58,600 nucleotides of DNA from IMG/VR virus record IMGVR_UViG_3300011114_000862, positions 1-58,600 of that record; one strand, 5' to 3'. Of the stretch, positions 26,401 to 34,981 are shown one piece after another. This DNA comes from a virus. Lineage: Duplodnaviria; Caudoviricetes. Below the pieces are notes generated by a model, which made no database searches, was not told where the DNA came from, and saw only the letters and a list, made by a program, of their open reading frames with translations. The stretch's first letter is position 1. The number at the start of each line of letters is the position of its first letter. The position numbers and the translations under genes were made by a program.

Positions 26401-27571
26401 AATTTCATATACTGGATTGACTGCATCTTCAGGTGCTGGAGATTTGACTGGAATTGTTAGGGGTATTGATGATACTGCTGCAGGAAATAGAGGGTATGCT
26501 AAAAATACTCCAATATACAAATATGAAATGAATGGAGTCTCCCTTAGAAGAATTAATAAAGTTCATACATTAATTGATACTAACATCACTAATTATCCAA
26601 CAGAATTAGATAATTATCATATAAAAATAGATAGATCGAATCCTACTGTAGGGTTGATTAGAGATGGTTCCACTGCAGATCCAGAATTATATTTCAATAC
26701 CACAAAAACAGGTGGTTCTACTGCTATTAAGATTGCGGGGCAATATAAATTGCAAGATGCAAAATCTTCACAAAACATACATTATCAATATGCAACACCT
26801 ATTGTTAAAAATTTAACTCCAAATTCAACATCTATTCAGTCTAGAATAAGAACTATTAGTGCTACTAGTGTCAATGGAACTGAAACTCCATATGTAGATA
26901 TGGGGTATGAAGATGTACCACTAAATCCATTTTATTATTGGGCTTTCAACACACCAAGAACTATTTTAAATAAACGAAATGAACTACTATATCTCCCAAG
27001 TCCAGAAATAGCAAAATCATTTACTCTAGATTTAGTATTAAACTCCAACGATGAGAGAGTTTCTCCAATTATTGATTTAAATAGAGTTGGAGTTTGGCTA
27101 ACTACTGATCGTTCTAATAGACCAATTGAAAACTTTATAGATGATTATAGAGTAAATAGTCTTACTGATGATCCACATGCAGCAATTTATATATCAAAAC
27201 CTGTAAAATTAACAACTAATGCTGATAAATTGAAAGTTATATATGATGCAGCATTAGCTCCAGAAGCAGATGTTAGAGTTTTATATAAATTATTCAGATC
27301 AGATTTACCATCTAGTAGTCAAATTTGGCAACTATTCCCAGGATACGACAATAGAGATAGTTTGGGAAATACTATCGATAGAAGTTTAAACGATGGAACT
27401 TCTGATATCAATATCACCCAGGATCCAGATTTGAGTATATTTAATGAATATACACATTCAGAAACTAATCTCTCACCATTCACTGGATTTCAGATTAAAA
27501 TTATAATGTCATCTGCAGAGCAAGGATTCAATATTAGAATTAAAAATCTCAGAGTGATTGCAACTATATGA
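20402..27571 (+). CDS. Large virion structural protein (VrlC/DUF4815-like), 2389 aa
   Basis: MPQNTNLNISPYFDDF, LQSILQNQIEKFG, APGADRL, LARRTYDESGNY, RYTMKDIG, GFFVDNF. Confidence 0.85.
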   Translation: MPQNTNLNISPYFDDFDENNDYYKVLFKPAVSVQTRELITLQSILQNQIEKFGRHFFEDGAMVIPGQVGYDSNYHSVEIDSTHLGIPVSIYISQLVGKNIQGQSSGVTATVDNIITDLQSERSNFTLYVKYTASGKSGQSVFKDGENIITLDNIDYGISSIQSNNTIATTILSNSTSTGSVAKISQGVYFIRGFFVSVQGESIILDQYTNTPSYRIGLEIQEEIAIASNDNLDLFDNAQGFANYTAPGADRLRIKTTLIKKLLTDTVDTNFIELLQVENGEIKKYIKTTQYSYIKDELARRTYDESGNYSVTPFQLTIRESLDNLIGNNGIYDQTQTTSAGNTPSDDLGVITISPGKGYVKGYEIETITTGALDFKKPRDTSTLSNTNIPFTVGTQLRVNNIFGSVNLGLGTGTSIDLLDRRTTLSGVNTASKIGTAKLYDFTPYSYDSTYPTKHEFEISLFDIQTYSKLTLNSNITISPSAFIEGTRSNANGYLAVGGASTSILNLYQVAGQFIKNEPIRINGSDTYTSAGIIQKYTVSNFYDYNIDDIKQLYHLPSSGIGTFKCDTKLSKSTLITDAGTAFTIYPSYSLGPVISCGNQDFTKKVRVGDILSYTKPGETIPTYNRVTNVGIQLAGIYVENVPSVSGICSGIMYSSNTTFTDLKRVSPEVLNLDQTYLYSKLSKNNIKRLDLSNSTIQINRSYNETISSNTFYKIFETDPDLTPVNWNSAAYSITYKNTGTVEILDSSRFKIIGTGVSFSGLTETGPAIITTTYTKSKPAVRKKSFSRCSSLTISRSSNVSSGLGAGTIDDGLTYNTVYGTRVQDKEISLNVCDVSSVLGIFESTTQNDPNPPSIIFDTLSADISGFVRGELLVGSVSGAVASYIESSGLNSAYIVYRNTNVFTVGEDITSSETKITGVINSISDGDIDITGNYIFNDGQRLEYLDYSRITRKSTASAPLKKLKIIFNNYTISSSDSGDFVGVNSYDIERYNNDIRTINDIRITDIIDARPRVSTYSLASTNSPFEYTSRDFTGSTNSSPHILPKEQNFILSYDYYLPRIDTLALTKDGDFKITYGVSADIPSEPALLPSDSMKIATITSPSYLYHVTDSKINYESNKRYTMKDIGNLETRLTNVEYTTALNQLEQHVRSTPDVDPTTKLSRFQSGFFVDNFRDLESCDIKDPEFRAAINPQTGVMRPQHYTTWINLLLGTDTALGADPTLFDVRFANDFSGSGGRVRRTGNTISIDYTDVLHNQNLYASDHLGTGVGLQVNEFAIQNWIGYLELKPNEDIWFESPINDNDDTNATYRPQIMESWDLSRYNSPEPDMFMRPMNIETVGKNLKPYQQYYCYVDNINMTDYFIPKILEISSINNTAFQIGETVVGYNDAGTRSIRFRVAHPQHKFGPYNNPTVKYVAIPYGSASSPVQSSTSYTSSATYLNIDTASLAEKCIPEYWGSIEPNMRLIGETSGALAKVSNNRIIASGGGEIVGCIFIPDFNLDPRYRFPISTKTILFSIDPVFGFNSRHENTARANFFLTDKYSPYIKANKLPSNLENDTGIAQVFDIQANNGVFLTKCDLYFKKNATSTVGVTITVEIREVENGTPTNKVVEYSRTSLNQSNVSITGPTTFTFGSLVYLEPGKSYAIVVLTEDSGYEVATSRIGSQNTMSGGGKVPNVIPKLGSLFKTQSGTTWQEVPTDKLTYTLYRASFKSDIDAVVRFFNPQLNVGNNQKVSLKSNPITSYSRKLLVGLSSTYSSTIGISIGSNIKQVGNTNFSGVLSGLVGPIGISSTLSITNVGTGYTVGLTTYLNIPVESISGTGNGARINLTINNSVATGAVVTQGGSGYTVGDDLIVNNVYTSGIGKGIILTIPNSVGVITSFNSLVISDVKHRLKPSGDITYTNISGTSTLIGSSSGTGVTSTVLTDGLHFKVTHTNHGMYENNAHIELSRICSDVQSTILTIDTLPTVTLTTIPVGNVGILTSFEGLPVSAANTGYIRISQEIISYTGLTASSGAGDLTGIVRGIDDTAAGNRGYAKNTPIYKYEMNGVSLRRINKVHTLIDTNITNYPTELDNYHIKIDRSNPTVGLIRDGSTADPELYFNTTKTGGSTAIKIAGQYKLQDAKSSQNIHYQYATPIVKNLTPNSTSIQSRIRTISATSVNGTETPYVDMGYEDVPLNPFYYWAFNTPRTILNKRNELLYLPSPEIAKSFTLDLVLNSNDERVSPIIDLNRVGVWLTTDRSNRPIENFIDDYRVNSLTDDPHAAIYISKPVKLTTNADKLKVIYDAALAPEADVRVLYKLFRSDLPSSSQIWQLFPGYDNRDSLGNTIDRSLNDGTSDINITQDPDLSIFNEYTHSETNLSPFTGFQIKIIMSSAEQGFNIRIKNLRVIATI

Positions 27572-27765
27572 TACCAGTAAAGGGACATATTGGTCTATAC
27601 CGAGATGAATATAGTGGAGCAATCGTAAATTGCTCCACAGAAGAATTTGATAATTATATCATTTTAAAAAAAGCAAAATTAGAAGAAAAAAATGAAATTG
27701 AATTATTAAAAAATGAAATTAAAGAATTGCAAAAATTAGTATATCAATTAGTAAATAATAAATAA
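27568..27765 (+). CDS. Small coiled-coil hypothetical protein, 65 aa
   Basis: VKGHIGLYRDEYSGAIVN followed by a coiled coil; ATGA overlap with upstream gene. Confidence 0.8.
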   Translation: MIPVKGHIGLYRDEYSGAIVNCSTEEFDNYIILKKAKLEEKNEIELLKNEIKELQKLVYQLVNNK

Positions 27766-27782
27766 AAATAAAGTACAAAAAT

Positions 27783-28598
27783 ATGGCACAACCAGCTTCC
27801 AGGCAAGAACTTCTAGATTATTGTTTAAGAAGACTTGGTTATCCAGTATTAGAAATAAATGTAGATGATGAACAATTAAATGATCGTTTAGATGATGCTT
27901 TACAATATTTCCACGAAAGGCATTTTGATGGTATTGAAAGAGTATTTTTAAAACATAAATTATCAACTGCAGAAAAAAATATAATATTGACTCAACCTGC
28001 ATATACAACTGCAACATCTGCAGTTGGAATAACATCTGCACTTATAGAGGAACCTCAAAATTTCATTCCTCTTCCGGATACTGTAATTGGTGTTAATATG
28101 GTGTTCAAATCGGATGCAAATACCATCACTAGTGGTATGTTTAATATTAAATATCAAATATTTTTGAATGATTTATATTATTATGGAGCATTAGATTTAT
28201 TAAATTATGCTATGACTAAAACATATCTTGAGGATATTAGTCGTATCATAACTTCAGATGTTCAATTAAGATTTAATAAAAAGCAACATAGACTTTATCT
28301 AGATATAGATTGGAAATTAGTGGGTGATAATACTTATATTATACTTGATTGTTATCGTATAGTTGATCCTGCAAACTTTACAGCAGTATATAATGATTCT
28401 TGGTTGAAAAAATATTTGACTGCTACAATTAAAAAACAATGGGGAGAAAATATCACTAAATTTAATGGAGTTCAACTTCCAGGTGGAATAACATTGAATG
28501 GTGAAAAAATTTATATGGAAGCTGTACGAGAACTAGAAGAAATTGAGAAGCAACTTAAGGATGAATATGAGTTGCCTCCAATGGGTCTTATCGGTTAA
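27783..28598 (+). CDS. gp13: Neck protein gp13
   Basis: YCLRRLGYPVLEINVDDEQ, KKQWGEN..KFNGVQLPGGITLNG. Confidence 0.93.
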   Translation: MAQPASRQELLDYCLRRLGYPVLEINVDDEQLNDRLDDALQYFHERHFDGIERVFLKHKLSTAEKNIILTQPAYTTATSAVGITSALIEEPQNFIPLPDTVIGVNMVFKSDANTITSGMFNIKYQIFLNDLYYYGALDLLNYAMTKTYLEDISRIITSDVQLRFNKKQHRLYLDIDWKLVGDNTYIILDCYRIVDPANFTAVYNDSWLKKYLTATIKKQWGENITKFNGVQLPGGITLNGEKIYMEAVRELEEIEKQLKDEYELPPMGLIG

Positions 28599-28613
28599 TG
28601 GAGTAATATTTTA

Positions 28614-29981
28614 ATGTTAAATCCTTATTTTTTACACGGTTCAAAATCTGAACAAGGATTAATTCAAGATTTAGTTAATGAGCAGTTGAGAATGTTTGGG
28701 CAAGAAATCATCTATATGCCAAGACAATATATTACAGATAAAACAGTTATACGAGACTTAATAGTTTCAAAATTTGAGACTGGTATTCCAATTGAAGCTT
28801 ATCTATCAAATTCAGATGGATTTGGTGGTCAAGGTGATATATTATCTAAATTTGGAGTTAGAAGTACTGATGAGATTACACTAATTATCTCTAAGGAACG
28901 ATATGAACTCAGTATATTACCACTGATATCAAAAATACCTTCTAGGAAAGGAGCACAACGACCACAGGAAGGGGATTTGATATATTTTCCATTGGATAAT
29001 GGATTATTTGAAATCAAATATGTAGAAGGAAAAAGACCATTTTATCAATTGAATAATTTGTATGTGTATGAATTACGATGTGAATTATTCGAATATGAGG
29101 ATGAAATTATAGATACTGGAATTTCAGATGTTGATATTAACATACAAGAATTTGGATATATTCAAACTCTAAATATGATCCCCTCTAATGCTACTCCAGC
29201 AGTCATTACGGTTTCCCTTGCTTCAACTACAAATTCTAAATCAATCCAGTACATAGATATACTAAATGGTGGTTATGGATTTAAAACAACTCCATCAATA
29301 AAAATTACACCATCACCTAGTGGTGGAATGGATGCCTCTGCAGTTGCAATAATGACTAGTAGAGGTTCAAATACATCTATCAGTAAAGTATTAATTACGA
29401 ATCCAGGAGTGGGATATACAGTTCCACCATTAATAACTATACTATCTTCAACTGGATCTGGATTTATAGGAACTGCTATCTTATCTAGTGGAGTATTGGG
29501 TCCTACTATAATAACTTCAGGTGGAGTTGGATATTCCACAATTCCATCAATTTATATATCACCATCACCAACTGGACAGAATGCCCAGGCAACTGCTGTA
29601 CTAAATTCTACTGGAATTGTTACTTCTATTAGATACTCCAATTGTGGTGCAGGTTACACTATAAGTCCTAATATAACAATTACATCTCCAATTGGAATAT
29701 CTACAGGAACTTATACTTTTAATGAAGTTGTAACTGGATCTAAGACTGGAACTAGTGCATATGTAAAAGAGTGGAATTCTAATACTAAAGTTCTTAAGAT
29801 TTCTATAATAGATGGTAATTTTGTCATAGGTGAAACACTTGTAGGTGTGGGGGGAAGTTATACCATATATTCAATTCAAAAGGATGATATATACGACACA
29901 TATGCAGAAAACGATCAAATTGAGATAGAAGCAGATAATGTAATAGACTTTAGTGAAAGAAATCCATTTGGAGAATTATAA
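28614..29981 (+). CDS. gp14: Neck protein gp14 with repeat insertion
   Basis: MLNPYFLHG..EQGLIQDL, RPQEGDLIYFP, PFYQL, DFSERNPFG. Confidence 0.92.
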   Translation: MLNPYFLHGSKSEQGLIQDLVNEQLRMFGQEIIYMPRQYITDKTVIRDLIVSKFETGIPIEAYLSNSDGFGGQGDILSKFGVRSTDEITLIISKERYELSILPLISKIPSRKGAQRPQEGDLIYFPLDNGLFEIKYVEGKRPFYQLNNLYVYELRCELFEYEDEIIDTGISDVDINIQEFGYIQTLNMIPSNATPAVITVSLASTTNSKSIQYIDILNGGYGFKTTPSIKITPSPSGGMDASAVAIMTSRGSNTSISKVLITNPGVGYTVPPLITILSSTGSGFIGTAILSSGVLGPTIITSGGVGYSTIPSIYISPSPTGQNAQATAVLNSTGIVTSIRYSNCGAGYTISPNITITSPIGISTGTYTFNEVVTGSKTGTSAYVKEWNSNTKVLKISIIDGNFVIGETLVGVGGSYTIYSIQKDDIYDTYAENDQIEIEADNVIDFSERNPFGEL

Positions 29982-30041
29982 ACAATGAAAAATTTATAAT
30001 TATACAATATTCATAAATAATTTGGGGAATTGTATTTAATT

Positions 30042-31097
30042 ATGTTTGGAACATACTCCTACCATCAAATAATCCGAAAGGTTGTAATGTCTTTCGGGAC
30101 GATGTTTAATGACATTTATATTGAGCATCAAGATGAGAGTAATAATGAATTTAGTACGATAAAAGTACCATTAGCATATGGTCCAATACAAAAATTTCTT
30201 GCTAAAATAGAACAAAAACCAGATTCAAGAAAAAGAGTCGCAATAACACTCCCAAGGATGTCATTTGAAGTTGGGCAACTTTCATATGATTCATCTAGAA
30301 AAAGTTCAACTCTACAAACATTTAAAGCACTTGCAGGTTCTAATAATACTCCTACAAATGTATATATGCCGGTCCCATATAATCTTCCATTAGAATTATC
30401 TATTGCTACAAAATATAATGACGATATGTTTCAAATTGTTGAACAAATTATTCCGTATTTTAGACCTGAATATAATTTAACAGTAGATTTAGTATCGTCA
30501 ATAGGAGAGATGAAAGATATTCCAATTATTTTACAAAGTGTTGGTCCATTCCAAGATAACTACGAAGGTGATTATGATAGTCGTAGATTCATTACTTGTA
30601 CTTTACAGTTTGTAGCAAAAATATATTTCTATGGTGCAATTCCATCTGGAGATAATGACAAATTTATTAAAAAAGTTACAGTTGATTATTATACAGATAC
30701 TAATACACATAATGCATCACGAGAATTAAGATACACTGTAACTCCAAGATCCATTAGGGACTACGATAATGACCAAACTACAACAATTGCTGAAAATATA
30801 AATACTACAATAACTCAATTTAATGTATCGGATGCTACATCTTTAGTGGAGAATACTTATATTACTATAGGAACTGAAGAGATGTATATCCAATCTATTG
30901 TAGGGAATACTATAAAAGTATTAAGGGGACAAGATAAAACTACCGCTATAATACATGAAGATGGTGATGCAATAAATGTAATAAATTCTGTGGATAATGA
31001 ATTGATAACTCCACCTGATGAATTTGGATTTGATGAAGAACGATTTGATTTTGGTGACGGTAGAATTTATAGTCCAACTAAGGGAGTAGATGTATGA
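30042..31097 (+). CDS. gp15: Tail sheath stabilizer / terminator gp15
   Basis: Start reassigned to ATG 30042; FGTMFNDI, KVPLAYGPIQKFL, LPRMSFE, QIVEQIIPYF. Confidence 0.92.
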   Translation: MFGTYSYHQIIRKVVMSFGTMFNDIYIEHQDESNNEFSTIKVPLAYGPIQKFLAKIEQKPDSRKRVAITLPRMSFEVGQLSYDSSRKSSTLQTFKALAGSNNTPTNVYMPVPYNLPLELSIATKYNDDMFQIVEQIIPYFRPEYNLTVDLVSSIGEMKDIPIILQSVGPFQDNYEGDYDSRRFITCTLQFVAKIYFYGAIPSGDNDKFIKKVTVDYYTDTNTHNASRELRYTVTPRSIRDYDNDQTTTIAENINTTITQFNVSDATSLVENTYITIGTEEMYIQSIVGNTIKVLRGQDKTTAIIHEDGDAINVINSVDNELITPPDEFGFDEERFDFGDGRIYSPTKGVDV

Positions 31098-31519
31098 CTG
31101 GAAAATTTGATCACATAGAAGAAGCATTAGATATAGATGTCACAACTATATCTAAAGAGTATATTAAGGATACTCGTCAAGAAATAAAAAGACCTATAGG
31201 GTTAGATGAAATTGAAGGTGATAGTAGATATACTAGAGACAATCTCTATGATTTAGTTGAAAAAGGGCAAAATGCAATATACGAAATGTTAGAAATTGCA
31301 AAACAAACGCAAAAAGCAAGAGACTTTGAAGTTGTTGGGCAGTTAATTAAATGTGTGGGTGATGTTTCCGATAAATTATTGGATCTTCAAAGTAAAAAGA
31401 AAAAATTAAAAGAGGAAGATACTGCATCTAAAATTACAAATAATACTACAAATGCACTCTTTGTAGGATCGACTGCAGATTTGCAAAAGTTTTTAAAAGA
31501 AAGTATGAAATCTAAATAA
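31094..31519 (+). CDS. gp16: Terminase small subunit gp16
   Basis: YTRDNLYDLVEKGQ, RDFEVVGQLIK, NALFVGSTADLQK. Confidence 0.9.
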   Translation: MTGKFDHIEEALDIDVTTISKEYIKDTRQEIKRPIGLDEIEGDSRYTRDNLYDLVEKGQNAIYEMLEIAKQTQKARDFEVVGQLIKCVGDVSDKLLDLQSKKKKLKEEDTASKITNNTTNALFVGSTADLQKFLKESMKSK

Positions 31520-31527
31520 TTAAAAAA

Positions 31528-32058
31528 ATGAAAACATTCTCAGAATTTCAGACTACTTCAGGAAAACTTAAAGGACATGATACTCCAGAACAGATATCAA
31601 AAAAATATAATGTTGGTATCAAATCAATTTTAAAGCAACTTAAAATGGGAATTGGGGTTGAAAGGGAACATAGTATCAATAAGGATATTGATACTGATCT
31701 TGCTCTTCACCATTTAGGAGAATTTCCAGATTATTATACTCGTTTAAAAAAATTAGAATTTCAAGCAAAAAAGAAATTAAATAAAGATTTAACTAAAAAG
31801 AAAGATAAATTAGAAGAACAGTATACTACGATACAGAGTAGAGGTTCAACTTATAATATAATCTTAACTTGGAAAGGTAATCCAATAAATATTCAAATAT
31901 TCTTTCCACAACTAAAAAGACCAACGAGGGTTGAAGTGAAACGAGAAGTCGATAAAATCTATCCAGGAGCAAATTTGATATCATTTATACCCTCATATAA
32001 GGATCCAACTAAACCATTCCTATTTGCCGGAGACTGCAATGAACCCAGAAGATATTGA
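31528..32058 (+). CDS. Hypothetical protein, possible internal head protein
   Basis: N-terminal MKTFSEF; QLKMGIGVEREH..HLGEFPDYYTRLKK module. Confidence 0.75.
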   Translation: MKTFSEFQTTSGKLKGHDTPEQISKKYNVGIKSILKQLKMGIGVEREHSINKDIDTDLALHHLGEFPDYYTRLKKLEFQAKKKLNKDLTKKKDKLEEQYTTIQSRGSTYNIILTWKGNPINIQIFFPQLKRPTRVEVKREVDKIYPGANLISFIPSYKDPTKPFLFAGDCNEPRRY

Positions 32059-32218
32059 ATTGAGAAATCTCAGTAAGATTTTTGAATATGAGAGGTTATC
32101 TAGAGAACTTGATGAATGTGAAAATATAAGTTCATTGAGACAGGTTGCAAAATCATATATTAAATTACACCTAAGTACTTTAGAAATAATTACAGAATTA
32201 AAAATTCCGATAGAATAA
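32039..32218 (+). CDS. Small helical protein, 59 aa, weakly NblA-like
   Basis: GGAG SD at 32029; MNPEDIELRNLSKIFEYERLSRELDECENISSLRQVAKSYIKLHL; TAATG overlap with gp17. Confidence 0.75.
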   Translation: MNPEDIELRNLSKIFEYERLSRELDECENISSLRQVAKSYIKLHLSTLEIITELKIPIE

Positions 32219-34920
32219 TGGCTGCAGATCAATATCTAGGAAATCCTCATCTTAAAAGAGCTAACACTAAAATAGAGTTTAGTGCGGATCATATTCAAGA
32301 ATTCATTAAATGTAAAAATGATCCGGTATATTTTTGTAAAAATTATGTAAAAATTGTAAGTTTAGATGATGGTGTAGTTCCTTTCAATATGCGGAAGTTT
32401 CAAGATAAACTTATTAAGAGATTTCATAAGCATCGTTTCAATATCTGCAAAATGCCTAGGCAGTGTGGAAAGGCATTATCTTTAGATACTCCTATTCCAA
32501 CTCCAAGTGGTTGGACAACTATGGGGGAAGTAAAGGTAGGTGACGAAATCCTATCTATAAAAGGAACTCCAACAATCGTCACTTTTAAGACAGATGTGAT
32601 GTATGACCACGATTGCTATAAAATATACTTTGATAATGGAGAAGAAATAATAGCAGATGCTGAGCATTTATGGGAAGTAAATAGTTCTTATTGGAGAAAT
32701 GGAAAGAAAGTAGTAACAACACAAGATATAGCAAAAGTTTATGAATCTAAAAATAAAAATAAGAGAGATAAGGAAGTAAAAGGTGCTTACTTTATAGATA
32801 TAAGTCTACCTCTAAATGTAGAACAAGATATAGAATTAAATATAGATCCATATCTTTTAGGGGTATGGTTGGGAGATGGGCATTCTAGTGATGGTAGAAT
32901 TATTGCTCATAAAGATGATTTTGAATATTATAAGACAAAAATAGAGATTGAGTATGAAAGAACTGATAATAACTGTATCAGATTTAAGATTTACAACTTA
33001 AAGAATAAGTTAAAAGATAGTAATCTATTAAAAAATAAACATATACCCCAAGAATATTTAAGAGCATCTTATAATCAAAGATTAGAACTCCTTCGTGGTC
33101 TTATGGATACTGGTGGAAGTGTTAAAAAGGGCACTAAATCATTTGAGTTTTATCAAAAAAACTATGAGTTAATATTACAGGTTGTTGAACTATTATCCAC
33201 ATTAGGAATAAAGTCAAAGGTACGACATAAGAAAATAAATGATTGTTATTATTATACTATTTCATTTACATCTACAGAAGTAATATTTAATCTTCCTAGA
33301 AAGATAACCTCAACAAAAAATAATAACACATCTAGACCTCAAGAAAAAAGACATTATATACAAAATATAGAAAATGTAGAAAGTGTTCCAGTAGCTTGCA
33401 TACAAGTCAATAGTGAAGATCACTTATTCTTATGTGGTAGAACATTTATCCCAACCCACAATACAACTACAGTTACTTCATATCTATTACATTATATAAT
33501 ATTTAATGATAATGTTAATATTGCTATATTGGCAAATAAAGCACAAACTGCAAAAGATATTTTAGGTAAACTTCAACTTGCCTATGAGAATTTACCCAAA
33601 TGGATGCAGCATGGGGTAAAGATATGGAATAAGGCATCACTAGAACTTGATAATGGTTCTAAAATTCTTGCTGCATCAACTTCAACCTCTGCAGTTCGAG
33701 GTGGTGCATATAATATTATTGTATTAGATGAATTTGCATTCATTCCAAATCAAATAGCAGAAGATTTTTTCAGTTCGGTATATCCAACCATTACATCTGG
33801 TCAAAATACTAAAGTTATTATAATTTCAACCCCAAAGGGTATGAATATGTTTTATAAACTTTGGACTGATGCAGAACGAGGTAAAAATGAATATGTACCA
33901 ACTGAAGTCCATTGGTCTGAAGTTCCAGGACGAGATCAAAAGTGGAAAGAACAGACTATTGCAAATACTTCTAAGGAACAATTTCAACAAGAATTTGAAT
34001 GTGATTTTCTTGGTTCTAGTGATACTCTAGTCAGTGCATCAAAATTAAAATGTTTAATATATGATGATCCAATAAAAAGAAGCAATGGTCTTGATGTATA
34101 TGTAAATCCAAAATCAGATCACAATTATCTTATGACTGTAGATGTATCAAGAGGTACGGAAAAGGATTATCATGCGTTTATATTATATGATATAACAAAT
34201 ATACCATATACAATCGCAGCAAAGTATAGGAATAATGAATTGACGCCTATGTTATATCCAGAGATAATATATCAAATAGCAGTAGCATATAATAATTCAT
34301 ATGTTTTAGTTGAAGTTAATGATATTGGTGAACAAATAGCAAAAGAATTACACTTCGATTTAGAATATGATAATTTATTAATGTGTTCTATGAGAGGTAG
34401 GGCAGGACAACTTGTTGGACAACAATTTTCTGGGAAAAAATCTCAACTTGGAATAAAAATGTCCAAACAAGTAAAACGAATAGGATGTTCAAATCTTAAA
34501 ACTATCATAGAGGATGATAAATTACTAATAAGGGATTATGAAATAATTAGTGAATTAACTACATTCATCTCTAAAAATGGATCGTTTGAAGCTGAGCAAG
34601 GATGTAATGATGACTTAGCAATGTGTTTAGTTATATTTTCATGGCTGATAGTTCAAGATTATTTTAAAGATATGACGAACAATGATGTTCGTAAACGAAT
34701 TTATGAAGAACAAAAAGATCAAATTGATCAAGATATGGCTCCATTTGGATTTATTTTGAATGGTATGGATGATGAAGAACAGGAAACTGTAGATAAAAAT
34801 ACCGGAGATAGGTGGTTATCTATTGATGCTAAAGAGCAGGATGGATTACTTAATTCTGAAAAGTGGAATACTGATGAATATGGAGATGTATCCACATTAT
34901 GGGAATATAGTAATTATTGA
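32218..34920 (+). CDS. gp17: Terminase large subunit gp17, intein-containing (570 aa after splicing)
   Basis: YLGNPHLK, Walker A PRQCGK|TT, Walker B IIVLDEFAF, nuclease TVDVSRG and DDLAM. Confidence 0.96.
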   Translation: MAADQYLGNPHLKRANTKIEFSADHIQEFIKCKNDPVYFCKNYVKIVSLDDGVVPFNMRKFQDKLIKRFHKHRFNICKMPRQCGKALSLDTPIPTPSGWTTMGEVKVGDEILSIKGTPTIVTFKTDVMYDHDCYKIYFDNGEEIIADAEHLWEVNSSYWRNGKKVVTTQDIAKVYESKNKNKRDKEVKGAYFIDISLPLNVEQDIELNIDPYLLGVWLGDGHSSDGRIIAHKDDFEYYKTKIEIEYERTDNNCIRFKIYNLKNKLKDSNLLKNKHIPQEYLRASYNQRLELLRGLMDTGGSVKKGTKSFEFYQKNYELILQVVELLSTLGIKSKVRHKKINDCYYYTISFTSTEVIFNLPRKITSTKNNNTSRPQEKRHYIQNIENVESVPVACIQVNSEDHLFLCGRTFIPTHNTTTVTSYLLHYIIFNDNVNIAILANKAQTAKDILGKLQLAYENLPKWMQHGVKIWNKASLELDNGSKILAASTSTSAVRGGAYNIIVLDEFAFIPNQIAEDFFSSVYPTITSGQNTKVIIISTPKGMNMFYKLWTDAERGKNEYVPTEVHWSEVPGRDQKWKEQTIANTSKEQFQQEFECDFLGSSDTLVSASKLKCLIYDDPIKRSNGLDVYVNPKSDHNYLMTVDVSRGTEKDYHAFILYDITNIPYTIAAKYRNNELTPMLYPEIIYQIAVAYNNSYVLVEVNDIGEQIAKELHFDLEYDNLLMCSMRGRAGQLVGQQFSGKKSQLGIKMSKQVKRIGCSNLKTIIEDDKLLIRDYEIISELTTFISKNGSFEAEQGCNDDLAMCLVIFSWLIVQDYFKDMTNNDVRKRIYEEQKDQIDQDMAPFGFILNGMDDEEQETVDKNTGDRWLSIDAKEQDGLLNSEKWNTDEYGDVSTLWEYSNY
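32473..33462 (+). mobile_element. Class 3 (Ala1) intein with LAGLIDADG domain, 330 aa
   Basis: ALSLDTPIPTPSGW start, ADAEHLW, PYLLGVWLGDG, LRGLMDTGG, PVACIQV, IPTHN|T. Confidence 0.93.
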
Positions 34921-34936
34921 GATAATTCTTTTATTT

Positions 34937-34944
34937 TATAAATA
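34937..34944 (+). promoter_or_regulatory. Late promoter upstream of gp18
   Basis: TATAAATA in the intergenic gap. Confidence 0.75.
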
Positions 34945-34981
34945 CCTTTAGAGAAAATAGACTTCTTCAAGAGGTAAACAG

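Noticed and set aside
5918-27571. Diversity-generating retroelement or inteins in the giant structural genes
   Set aside because: No reverse transcriptase, template/variable repeat pair or Hint motifs seen; a weak nucleotide repeat could be missed by eye
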